Virus record (IMG/VR): IMGVR_UViG_3300045257_000116
Span: 1-49,486 of that record
Direction: 5' to 3' (one strand)
DNA: 49,486 bases
Origin: a virus
Below are positions 7,671-16,209 of the stretch, in pieces; the stretch's first letter is position 1, and the number at the start of each line of letters is the position of its first letter. The translations under genes and the position numbers were made by a program. The notes below the pieces were generated by a model. The model searched no databases and was not told the DNA's origin. It saw nothing but the letters and a program-made list of their open reading frames with translations.

Positions 7671-8017
7671 TTTACCGGCACCGGAGCAACCGGAGCCGGC
7701 AAAACCGCGCCCTTGGTTTCCAGCACCGTTTTTGCCGTTGTCAGCCATTGCACGGTGGACAGACTGTTCGCCATCGAGATAATCCCGTCGATGGTGCCGC
7801 AACCACCGATCACGCCCGCGCGAACGGTTGCGACGGCCGGCACGAGGGTTGCAACCATATCGCCGGCCAATCCCTGCGCGATTGGGAGGACTGCGGCACA
7901 GGCGTTCTGGATGGCCTGTTCATAGGGTGTCAGCGCTTTTTCGACCGCTGCGACCTGGGTAGCGCAACCGGACAATGCGAAAGCCGGAACGATGATCAAT
8001 GCAGCGAGCTTTTTCAT
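7667..8017 (-). CDS. Lipoprotein (possible outer-membrane spanin-like component)
   Basis: ORF 7667..8266 trimmed to ATG 8017 (ATGA overlap with the upstream stop). MKKLAALIIVPAFALSGC gives a signal peptide with an LSGC lipobox. The C-terminus is Pro-rich. Confidence 0.65.
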   Translation of the reverse strand: MKKLAALIIVPAFALSGCATQVAAVEKALTPYEQAIQNACAAVLPIAQGLAGDMVATLVPAVATVRAGVIGGCGTIDGIISMANSLSTVQWLTTAKTVLETKGAVLPAPVAPVPVK

Positions 8018-8355
8018 GATGCAGCCTTTGCGGTGATTGGTGAGTTGGGATTTGCCACGGCGGCGGCGACTGCGGCTTTGCCGTGATCCGAGTTCGGATC
8101 GATGGACGGATCGCCGGTTGCCGCGGAAGTGTTCAGCCACTTGCCGAAGTAGCGATTTTTGAGATAGGCCCAGCCGATTGCGGCGACGGCAACAACCGTG
8201 CCCGCGCCGATATTGACGAGTTCGGCGGCGTCGGAGCTGGAAACGAGGCCGTGATTGACCAGCCAAAGCGAGCCGCCACCCATGGCGATGCGGGCGATTG
8301 AACTGAGGTTATCGGATAGCGAGGTCGGGAGAGTTGCTGTCGGCGGATCGATCAT
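8014..8355 (-). CDS. Two-TM membrane protein (holin candidate)
   Basis: ORF 8014..8403 starts with TTG, so it was trimmed to ATG 8355. The two hydrophobic helices are IARIAMGGGSLWLVNHGL and IGAGTVVAVAAIGWAYL. The C-terminus is hydrophilic. Confidence 0.5.
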   Translation of the reverse strand: MIDPPTATLPTSLSDNLSSIARIAMGGGSLWLVNHGLVSSSDAAELVNIGAGTVVAVAAIGWAYLKNRYFGKWLNTSAATGDPSIDPNSDHGKAAVAAAVANPNSPITAKAAS

Positions 8356-8421
8356 GATCGAGGGACCTTTAGATTGTTGAAACAATCCGCCATACGCTGA
8401 CAAAGCGATAACAGCAAGCTT

Positions 8422-8736
8422 TCAGTGATGAACGCCCGGCAGTCCGAATGTCGCCAGGAAATAGCCGATGGTGATAACCAAGATGCCGATCATCCACGCC
8501 ATGCCACGATTGATCAATCGCGCGACTTCGGCCTTTGCCGCGCTCAGCCGCTCATTCATTTCCGCGAATGAACATTGAAGATCGTTCATCTGCCGATTGC
8601 GATTGATGCGATCCGCATCGCAGGTTTTCTCATGGTTAAGAATGATCGCTTTGGCTTCCACGGCTATCTCCAGCGCGCGGGAGTCCAGTCCATTTTGTTG
8701 GTCGGACGCTCGGCGGGCATAGGCTTGATCTGACAT
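8422..8736 (-). CDS. Tail-anchored coiled-coil membrane protein
   Basis: 104 aa with a helical/charged body and a single C-terminal TM (MAWMIGILVITIGYFLATFGL). Confidence 0.55.
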   Translation of the reverse strand: MSDQAYARRASDQQNGLDSRALEIAVEAKAIILNHEKTCDADRINRNRQMNDLQCSFAEMNERLSAAKAEVARLINRGMAWMIGILVITIGYFLATFGLPGVHH

Positions 8737-8807
8737 TGATACTCACCTTAACCCTTAGATCGCAGAATGGGTCTTGCTCTGGCTGTGACTATTTTGTGGG
8801 CGGCGCA

Positions 8808-10226
8808 TCAGCGAGCGTGACATGTGACCTTAACGATATCACCGGCAGTCCATGCAGCTGCGGTACCCGCGGCGGCAAAGTTGGTCAATGTGACGGACGT
8901 GGTTGAACTCGCCGTTTGCTTGGTCATGAAAACCGTCGCGCTTGTCGTGGTTTCATCGTTCGCGAAGCATGACCATGCGTTCGGAGCCGCCAACATCGTG
9001 ATCGTTCCGGTAGAAGCGGTGCCGCCACTTCCGATGGTGATATCAAATTCGAACGTGCCAATGCCCGCGATGGCGGGGCTTGTTCCGAAGCCGGACCCAA
9101 TAACAGGAGGCACATCGTATCCGACGATGGAGCCGCGAATATTAACCTCGCTGCTGGTCGTGGCGGTAACGGTCGTGCCGCCGCCAATCACGAGGTTCCC
9201 AGTTCCGCTGGTGAGCGTGTTGCACGAATTTGTACCGACGCAGATATTATTCGATCCAGTCACAAGCTGCCCTGATTTAGCACCGAGCATGACATTGTTT
9301 GATCCGGTAGTGAGCGCCTGACCAGCCGAGAACCCGGCTATAAGATTATCAACCGAACTGATGAGGTTTGTCCCCGCCTGACTGCCGAGGATTGTATCTT
9401 CCTGACCGGTATAGATACCGGTCGAAAGTGCGAATGTGCCAACCGCGACGACATCGTGACCGGTGGTGGTTAAGCCGCAGGATTTGTATCCAAGGCAAGT
9501 ATCCTGGCTGGCGGTCGTGCCGGAGCCGAGCGATCCGCTGCCGATAGCGACATCCTTTACACCGGATGTAACCACAGTCATCGCGCTCGCGCCGACTGCT
9601 GTATCGTCCGTCGCGGTTGTTGCGCCCGTGGCCTGCATGGCAGCATTGCCGATGGCGACATTATTGCCAAGGGTGGAAGACGACGCTGAGCCGGTCAGCG
9701 CACTATAGCCAATGCCGACACTAGTCGTCATGTTGCTGTTGCGGCCAGCCGCGACGCCGATAAGCACGGTCTGATTCAGTGATGTTACAGTCGCCGCTGC
9801 ATCACCGCCGATGATAACATCATTGTTGCAGTTCGTTAGGCACCCGCCAAGCGCATTGATTCCGACCGCCGTCAGGAATGTGAAGCTGGCCCCGTCGCCG
9901 TTCCCCGCCGCGTTCCATCCGATAGCCATATTTTCCGGGCGCTGAAGAGTGTCCGAACCAAGAGCCTTGAACCCTATGGCCGTGGTCAAATAGTCGCCTG
10001 ATGGCAGAAGCGCTCCTGCACCCGCGCCGATCAGCGTGTCGCAATTGTTTAGGCATGTGCCGAATGGGGGAAGGGCCAAATTTCCGCAGCAAATGTTGAC
10101 TACGGTTTGGCCGTTCTGTGCGTATCCAGTCGTCGGAGCATTGAAAGGGAAGGGATTCTCCGGACCTTGCGCGAGCGCTGCGCTCGAAAAGAACAGCGCG
10201 ATAATGAAGGCGATAAGATGCTTCAT
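8808..10226 (-). CDS. Secreted Gly/Thr/Ser/Ala-rich repeat protein (YadA-head/tail-fibre-like repeats)
   Basis: 472 aa with the Sec-type signal MKHLIAFIIALFFSSAALAQ. It carries Cys-rich N-terminal motifs and degenerate repeats of the type NNVAIGNAAMQATG / DTAVGASAM / VAIGSGSLGSG. Confidence 0.6.
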   Translation of the reverse strand: MKHLIAFIIALFFSSAALAQGPENPFPFNAPTTGYAQNGQTVVNICCGNLALPPFGTCLNNCDTLIGAGAGALLPSGDYLTTAIGFKALGSDTLQRPENMAIGWNAAGNGDGASFTFLTAVGINALGGCLTNCNNDVIIGGDAAATVTSLNQTVLIGVAAGRNSNMTTSVGIGYSALTGSASSSTLGNNVAIGNAAMQATGATTATDDTAVGASAMTVVTSGVKDVAIGSGSLGSGTTASQDTCLGYKSCGLTTTGHDVVAVGTFALSTGIYTGQEDTILGSQAGTNLISSVDNLIAGFSAGQALTTGSNNVMLGAKSGQLVTGSNNICVGTNSCNTLTSGTGNLVIGGGTTVTATTSSEVNIRGSIVGYDVPPVIGSGFGTSPAIAGIGTFEFDITIGSGGTASTGTITMLAAPNAWSCFANDETTTSATVFMTKQTASSTTSVTLTNFAAAGTAAAWTAGDIVKVTCHAR

Positions 10227-10233
10227 GATGTGA

Positions 10234-11007
10234 TTACCACTTCACAACAGTAAGACGGTGTCCGCTTGTCGCGGCGATGGCTGAGACGTTCGTTGTCTGG
10301 CCGGGAACGCATCGTGCGGTTTGGCCGGGCGATAGGGCTGTATTCGTGCCGTTACCTGCTGCCGTGGCTGTCGTGATGAAATTCACATAGGCGACCTCGG
10401 CCGCCGCGATGTTCTGGTCTGTCAGCGTGAGAGGGTTCGTCACGTAACAGCCGCTGACCGGGCCGGTGACGATTGTAACTGCCGTCCCGCCCGTCGTCAG
10501 GGTGGAGCTTGTGCCGGCGGTAGGCGTCGCAGAGGTCGCCGCGATTGTTACCGTTCCGAGGGACCCACTGCTTGCGGCGGTCGCGCAGTTCGGTTGCGTG
10601 CTGTTCGTGATGCCGTAAGTTTCGGCGGTGCCCGAGGTCAGAACAAAAAAGACCTTGCTGAATCCCGCGACCGGAATGAACCAATCGCCGTTTGCGGTAC
10701 CGCTTGCAACAGTCGCGGCGCAGGCTGGCGCGGTGTACATCTTCAAATCGACCGGCGTCGTGCTGCCGATCGGGATGCCCTGCATCTTGAAGGAAAGCCC
10801 CGTGCCCGAGCCGGTCGCTTGCAGTTCGAGGACTGCGGTGTTGTTCGGCGGCCCGACCGATATGCCGTTGGTCGGATACGAACCCGCCGCCGATATCGCG
10901 GTCGGGCTCATGAAGGTCGGGCCGGTCTGCGCTATTGCAGGGAGCGGGAAGAGAAGCGCCGCAGCAAACAGCGCGTTGATCGAACGGTTCATTGGACGCT
11001 TCTCCAT
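10234..11007 (-). CDS. Secreted hypothetical protein
   Basis: ORF 10234..11031 trimmed to ATG 11007 (alternative ATG at 10992). Signal peptide MNRSINALFAAALLFPLPAIAQ. The mature part is Thr/Ala/Gly-rich. Confidence 0.55.
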   Translation of the reverse strand: MEKRPMNRSINALFAAALLFPLPAIAQTGPTFMSPTAISAAGSYPTNGISVGPPNNTAVLELQATGSGTGLSFKMQGIPIGSTTPVDLKMYTAPACAATVASGTANGDWFIPVAGFSKVFFVLTSGTAETYGITNSTQPNCATAASSGSLGTVTIAATSATPTAGTSSTLTTGGTAVTIVTGPVSGCYVTNPLTLTDQNIAAAEVAYVNFITTATAAGNGTNTALSPGQTARCVPGQTTNVSAIAATSGHRLTVVKW

Positions 11008-11095
11008 CGAGCTCCCCGGCAGGCAAACCAATGGTTACATCATCGTGCGCCAGATTTCCATCGTTAGTGTGTTGGACCGCTCAAACGTCCCACGG

Positions 11096-12178
11096 CTAGT
11101 TGTATTGACCGCCTGTCGGTGTCGAACCCGCCGAGTTGCCAGGGAAGTAGTTCGCGCCCGCGCCTGCGGTATAGATCGAGGAAACGCGCTGCGATAGATA
11201 TCGAGGGCCGGCCGCGCTGCCTGACCAAGTGACGCCGCTGCTGTTGATCGTCGCGCAGTCGGACGCGGCAGCGAACGCGGTGATAAATCCCGGCGTTCCC
11301 GTCAATGTCACAGTGCCGAGGGATATCTGAATATTCGCGCCGAAGTTGGAATTGATGTGCGTTACGCCACCGCCTGCGATGGTGTAGCTGCCGGAATTGG
11401 CGATCTGTCCGTTCTGCGTCGCGTAGACCCCGGCGATGGTGCAATTGCCGAACGTGATCCCCTGGAAATTGATCTGCGCTCCCGAGAAGGCGGCGATGCC
11501 AAATCCCTGGCCGATTCCCGAACCGGAAGCCGACAGCGTGCCCGAGCCAGTAACCAGGAAGTTCGAATTATTGGCAAGGATGCAGCTTCCGTTCGTGACG
11601 GACCATGTGCCGCCGACATTGATCGTGACGCTGGCCGTGTTGATCGCGCCGATGGCGTTGCCATTGGCCGATAGCGTATCGTGGTTAGTGCCGGCTTGGT
11701 TAATCGTCACGGTAAAACCGTTCAGATCGTAATTGTCGAGTAGATAGGTCCAGCAATAATTGAATGTCGCAAAGGCCGTTCCGCTGGTCAGGCCATTGTT
11801 GCTGTTGCTGCCTGTCGAGCCGTTCACATAAAGATTGAGATTAGTCTGAAGCTGTGTGCGCTGAAGAAAATTCGCTTGCTGGCCGGCAGTGATCCAATTC
11901 GCGATATAATCGTTCGCGAGCCATGTCGTTTTTGCCGTTCCCTCTTGGCCGCGTATCACGGTCATGACATCGCCAACGCGTCGCGTGCAATACACGATTT
12001 CATAGACGGCTTGCGTCAGGCGATCATTGAGGCTGAGCGCAAAAAGTTGGTTTGTGCCGGGGTTCGGAAAGAGTGACCCCGTGCCAGATGCGACGGTGAG
12101 CGAGGTCGCGGTGCTGCTGATCGGCGCGGCCAACACGGTTGAGGCATTATCGGCAAAAAGAAATGTGCTTGTGGTCAT
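11096..12178 (-). CDS. Tail fibre / tailspike protein with beta-helix-like C-terminal part
   Basis: 360 aa. The N-terminus (SLTVASGTGSLFPNPG...EIVYCTRRVGDVMTVIRGQEGT) is a common fibre-attachment domain pattern. The central GSNSNNGLTSGTAFATF...YDLNGFTVTIN resembles right-handed beta-helix entry motifs. It follows the baseplate genes. Confidence 0.6.
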   Translation of the reverse strand: MTTSTFLFADNASTVLAAPISSTATSLTVASGTGSLFPNPGTNQLFALSLNDRLTQAVYEIVYCTRRVGDVMTVIRGQEGTAKTTWLANDYIANWITAGQQANFLQRTQLQTNLNLYVNGSTGSNSNNGLTSGTAFATFNYCWTYLLDNYDLNGFTVTINQAGTNHDTLSANGNAIGAINTASVTINVGGTWSVTNGSCILANNSNFLVTGSGTLSASGSGIGQGFGIAAFSGAQINFQGITFGNCTIAGVYATQNGQIANSGSYTIAGGGVTHINSNFGANIQISLGTVTLTGTPGFITAFAAASDCATINSSGVTWSGSAAGPRYLSQRVSSIYTAGAGANYFPGNSAGSTPTGGQYN

Positions 12179-12831
12179 GCCAACACCGCCGTGAAGGTAA
12201 ATTGAAAAGGAACGTTGAGGACGCCGCTTGTGATGCAGGCAACAAAAGCCGAGGCTCCGGTATAGGTTCCGCTATTGTTGATCTGGATGGCAAAAGCGCC
12301 GCCGCTTGGAATGACGCTGATGTCGGATAGATCATTCGTCATGTCGATCGGATCGGTCCCGCTATCGCCCGCGATGAAGCGCATGATCCGGCGCTTTAGC
12401 CAGGTGATATTGAAGAAAAACCCGTCGCCTTTGTAGTGCTGCCAAGTCAGGACGCGCTTGTAAGTGTTATCGGTCGCAACGAATGCCATGGTGTTCGACA
12501 TGGTGCGGCTCATGTTGAAACCCAGCGTGTTATAGGCATAGGTGTTGTACGGGCCAATCTTCATGATTGTACCGCTGGCGAGCGTCGGCCGCGGAACTCC
12601 GTAGATGCCCACAGCCACCCAATCGAGCAAGTTTCCCGCGATCATATGTCCCGTATAAATCGGCAGGCTGATCGTACTGAACCATCCGACATATTGCTGA
12701 GCGAGCTGATTATATGCCGCGATGAAAGCCTGCATGTCTTCGTCATCGGCGAATTCTTGAAATAGGTAGCTTGGAATTACCTTCGCCAGATATCCCGGCC
12801 AGGTCGTTGCGAATGGAATGCCGACTGCCAT
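12175..12831 (-). CDS. Baseplate wedge / fibre-connector protein (gpI-like, by position)
   Basis: 218 aa, lying between the J-like protein and the fibre gene. Confidence 0.4.
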   Translation of the reverse strand: MAVGIPFATTWPGYLAKVIPSYLFQEFADDEDMQAFIAAYNQLAQQYVGWFSTISLPIYTGHMIAGNLLDWVAVGIYGVPRPTLASGTIMKIGPYNTYAYNTLGFNMSRTMSNTMAFVATDNTYKRVLTWQHYKGDGFFFNITWLKRRIMRFIAGDSGTDPIDMTNDLSDISVIPSGGAFAIQINNSGTYTGASAFVACITSGVLNVPFQFTFTAVLA

Positions 12832-12834
12832 GAT

Positions 12835-14250
12835 CTACCCCTGCGCGACCGTGACATTCTGGACGCCGCATACGAAATACGATTCAGGGTCGCCCGCGCA
12901 AATGCCGGTCCCTGAAATCGGCGCGACGACAACTCCGTTGATCGTTACCGTCACGGCCATCCGAGTAAGCAGATCAATCGGAATGATGCTCGACACCGCG
13001 AGTTGAAAGACAGTCCTGAGTTCGAGCGTATTTATAGGTTGGCCGACTTTGATTGCGCTGACATAATTGGCGATAGCTGGCGCACCGAGCAATGCGACCG
13101 CATCATTCGAAATAATGTTCGTCGCGGTAGTGTTCCAAAGCATCGCAATAAGCACCGTCTGCGCCGGCGGGACTATGAACGGGATCTGATAGACGTTCGG
13201 CGGCTGATTGATTGAGACGACTTGATTGCGCGCGTTCGGCGTAAGGACGCCGCCGCCGGTGTAAGCCCCGAATCCGGTCGTATTGACGCCCAGCGAGAAC
13301 GTCTTGTTCGTGACGGGCGCGGTTACGGTGTAAGTGCCGTTATAATTCGCGTTTGCCGATCCCGCGATAGCGACCACATTGCCCGCGACGTAGCCGTGAT
13401 TGAGGACTGTCGTAACAATGCCGGGATTGGCGACCGTGATGCCCGATATCGTCATGGTCGAACCGACAATGCTGCTGATATCTGCGATGCCCTGAAAAAT
13501 GGCGAAGGCGATGGCATATGGGTTGCCGTTGCCGCCGACAATGATCTCCCATCCGCCACCATCTATCGTCGCGACTGTCGTCCATGTCGGATTGACTCCG
13601 GGGATTTCCGTCAGAAGCGTGTAGAGGAAATTCGGTACGCCGACCGAAGTGGCCTCATAACCCTGGATCACGCGCGACCGGAATTGTTCTTCGCTTTCGA
13701 CACCCTGGCTCGGCGTGCCGGCCGTTGGATTATTGACCGAGAGCGAGATGGAAACCGGGATCGATGTCGCCAACTCATTGACGGAATCCTGCGGAACAGC
13801 CCACGATCCGCTCACCGTGGCGATGCACAGAATGGGATTGGTTGCACCGCTCGAGGGGATCACGGTCGCGGCATAGACCGAGTATTGATACGTGCCGTCC
13901 GTCACCAGAAATCCACGCTCGACGGGATAGCCGACAGTTCCGGTAAAGATGCAATAGACGCTGGTATTGGTCGGAACATTTGGCGGAATGCCGACAAGTG
14001 TTCCCTGCTGGTTAAGGATAAACGGGTTGGACGTGTATGGCGAAATTGAATTGATCAGTTCGACGCGCGCCTGGTCGCATTGAGCGAGCGAATAAGCGTC
14101 GGTCTGCCCGATATCTGAAATCATGATCCCCGGAATATTCGAAGTATATCCGGGTTGCTTGGCCTGCACGAGCGCAATCACCTGATTATACAGGGTTTCC
14201 GGCGAAGTCGGCTGAAGCCCTGCGGCGGTGATTACGGTTGGAAGTGCCAT
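12835..14250 (-). CDS. Baseplate J-like protein
   Basis: 471 aa. Its position after the W-like and V-like genes and its N-terminal region (TSPETLYNQVIALVQAKQPGY...) fit the Baseplate_J organisation. Confidence 0.55.
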   Translation of the reverse strand: MALPTVITAAGLQPTSPETLYNQVIALVQAKQPGYTSNIPGIMISDIGQTDAYSLAQCDQARVELINSISPYTSNPFILNQQGTLVGIPPNVPTNTSVYCIFTGTVGYPVERGFLVTDGTYQYSVYAATVIPSSGATNPILCIATVSGSWAVPQDSVNELATSIPVSISLSVNNPTAGTPSQGVESEEQFRSRVIQGYEATSVGVPNFLYTLLTEIPGVNPTWTTVATIDGGGWEIIVGGNGNPYAIAFAIFQGIADISSIVGSTMTISGITVANPGIVTTVLNHGYVAGNVVAIAGSANANYNGTYTVTAPVTNKTFSLGVNTTGFGAYTGGGVLTPNARNQVVSINQPPNVYQIPFIVPPAQTVLIAMLWNTTATNIISNDAVALLGAPAIANYVSAIKVGQPINTLELRTVFQLAVSSIIPIDLLTRMAVTVTINGVVVAPISGTGICAGDPESYFVCGVQNVTVAQG

Positions 14251-14251
14251 T

Positions 14252-14620
14252 TTACTGCGCTACCTGTGCTGTCAGAACTGCGCCTGCGAATGTCGTGCAT
14301 GTCACATTATATATCGGCGTCCTGCCCGGCAATTTGCTTATCAGAAGGCTGGCGAAATACTGGCTGAACTGCGCCTGGATTTGCACCATGTAGAAGTCGG
14401 GGAACACCTGAGAAATGACGGACGGTACGGCGGGAATGCCGCAGTTTGCATTGAACGGCGCTTCGTTGAGGTTGAGCTTTATATTCTGGCAAAGCGCGGT
14501 CAGATAGACCTCAGAGTTGTCGCCGTTGGGCGCGGTCGTGACCACGCGCCAGTTATACCCGTTCTCGTCAGGGACTACATTTCCCTGAGCGTCCAGCACG
14601 CGGCCATATACTCGCAGCAT
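14252..14620 (-). CDS. Baseplate W / gp25-like small protein (by size and position)
   Basis: ORF 14252..14698 trimmed to ATG 14620, right after the V-like stop (14622). 122 aa. Confidence 0.4.
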   Translation of the reverse strand: MLRVYGRVLDAQGNVVPDENGYNWRVVTTAPNGDNSEVYLTALCQNIKLNLNEAPFNANCGIPAVPSVISQVFPDFYMVQIQAQFSQYFASLLISKLPGRTPIYNVTCTTFAGAVLTAQVAQ

Positions 14621-14621
14621 C

Positions 14622-15227
14622 TTAAACCACCGGCCCTGTAGTACCCGCGCCTGTCGTGACGCCGGAATGGGAGTGCGGCAAAAACGCCTTACCGTCAATC
14701 GTCACGCCGCTCGAATTGATCACGATGCTATGCGCGCCGAACCGCAACGTGATGCCGCTCGAATTGGCAATGATCGAGCAAGTGCTTGTCGGGGAGTTTT
14801 CCAGCTTCATCACGACGCCATTCGGTCCGCCAATCTCCACTGCGTTCGGATCGATCGGATCGGGCCATGCAGTATTGCTCACCGGCTCGAAGATCAGTGC
14901 ACCGAGGTTGCCAGGTTTCGCCGGCCCCGCGATCCCAGTCCCAAGCCCGGTAATGCCCCCAAGGACAGCATCAGCCGCGCGGAGAATGCCCTTGTCACCC
15001 GCTTGGATAGGAAGGCGCACGTATCGCGACATAGCCACGCCTACGGTCACGGCAGGCAGCGCGCCATAGCCCGTTACCTGAAAGCTGGCCGTGACCATGT
15101 TGTCGGCGAACGAAACCACCGATGCGGGCAATTCTTTGCCTTCGAGTTGCAGCGCGTCATTCGCCTTCTTCGCGCCGAACCGATTGATGCTTTCCGTGAA
15201 CGGGGTCTTGATCGCGTTTCCAGCCAA
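14622..15227 (-). CDS. Baseplate central spike (gpV / Mu gp45-like)
   Basis: 201 aa. RLPIQAGDKGIL resembles the OB-fold block, and the C-terminal FLPHSHSGVTTGAGTTGPV resembles the H-x-H spike-tip motif. Confidence 0.6.
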   Translation of the reverse strand: MAGNAIKTPFTESINRFGAKKANDALQLEGKELPASVVSFADNMVTASFQVTGYGALPAVTVGVAMSRYVRLPIQAGDKGILRAADAVLGGITGLGTGIAGPAKPGNLGALIFEPVSNTAWPDPIDPNAVEIGGPNGVVMKLENSPTSTCSIIANSSGITLRFGAHSIVINSSGVTIDGKAFLPHSHSGVTTGAGTTGPVV

Positions 15228-15231
15228 ATCG

Positions 15232-16200
15232 CTAACTCCCCGTGCCGCTGGTCGATGGTGGGACCTGTACCGCCGTGAAGACCGTCACCCAATCCTCGGA
15301 TAGCGGCTGGCGAAAGTGCCCGACATGATGCGTCGAAACGATCATGAAATTGCCCTGGAAAACGCTGCCCTGGCGGAACTGCGACAACGACGCTTGATTG
15401 ATCGTCACCTGACCCTTCGGCAACGTGATGTAATCGCCCACGTTTGGTTGAGCGCGCATCACACATGTCACCGAGATTGTGCCGAACGCGATCCACGTCA
15501 CCTGTCCGATCAAGTCATTGAAGTCGAGCGGCGTCGGTTTCGGCGGCGTCGTGCTGTCATAGACGGAAATCGTCTTGCCCTTGACGAACATCTGCACGCC
15601 GGAATAGGTGCCCCCGACGATGGCCTTGCTCGCCTGGTTGGCCCACTGCGCAATCTGCGGAAGCGTTTGATACACACCCCACTGGCTTTCTGCGAACATG
15701 AGCGCGGATGTCAGATTGACGTCGATCGCGAAGTCTGGAAATGCCGCGCCAATGCTTTGCTTAAGCGCATCTCCCATCGACTGACCCTTCGGCCAATTGA
15801 GGACGATGTTCGCCGGCTCCTGCGCGCTGCCCATGCCCGGCAAGATTTGCAGATCGAGCGTCATATTGGTGCCGATCCAGTTGCCGAACGCCTGGAATAT
15901 CGTTCCCTGCACCAGCAAGCCAGACTGTGACGGATTGGCGAGCGGGAGCCCCTTTTGCATACCGCCGAAAACTTGGACGTTCATCCGGTTGAAGTTGGCC
16001 GACTGCGCTATATCAGTCAGCGGAATGCCCCATAGGCGTACTAACGCGCCGGTGTCTCCCAGAGGATCATGCGCCGCGGAAACAGGCGCATCGATCAGCA
16101 TGTCGAGCGCGTTCGGATCGGTCACGCCATTCGGGAAAGAGTTGTAATCCCGAATGGTGCGACCGTCCGTCGTTGAGATAATGATGCGGTAATAGCGCAA
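15232..16200 (-). CDS. Baseplate hub protein (gpD / Mu gp44-like, by position)
   Basis: 322 aa, immediately upstream of the spike gene. Confidence 0.45.
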   Translation of the reverse strand: MRYYRIIISTTDGRTIRDYNSFPNGVTDPNALDMLIDAPVSAAHDPLGDTGALVRLWGIPLTDIAQSANFNRMNVQVFGGMQKGLPLANPSQSGLLVQGTIFQAFGNWIGTNMTLDLQILPGMGSAQEPANIVLNWPKGQSMGDALKQSIGAAFPDFAIDVNLTSALMFAESQWGVYQTLPQIAQWANQASKAIVGGTYSGVQMFVKGKTISVYDSTTPPKPTPLDFNDLIGQVTWIAFGTISVTCVMRAQPNVGDYITLPKGQVTINQASLSQFRQGSVFQGNFMIVSTHHVGHFRQPLSEDWVTVFTAVQVPPSTSGTGS

Positions 16201-16209
16201 AGGCTGATC

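Noticed and set aside
7667-8266. Extended ORF-track N-termini, for example 7667..8266, 7203..7802, 5009..5581, 35995..36648, 36588..37334, 20450..21178, 23397..24245 and 1284..2063.
   Set aside because: The extensions overlap the preceding gene, are Arg-rich and nonsense-like, and often start at non-ATG codons. Internal ATG/GTG starts that form ATGA/GTGA/TAATG junctions or follow GGAG-type RBSs were preferred.
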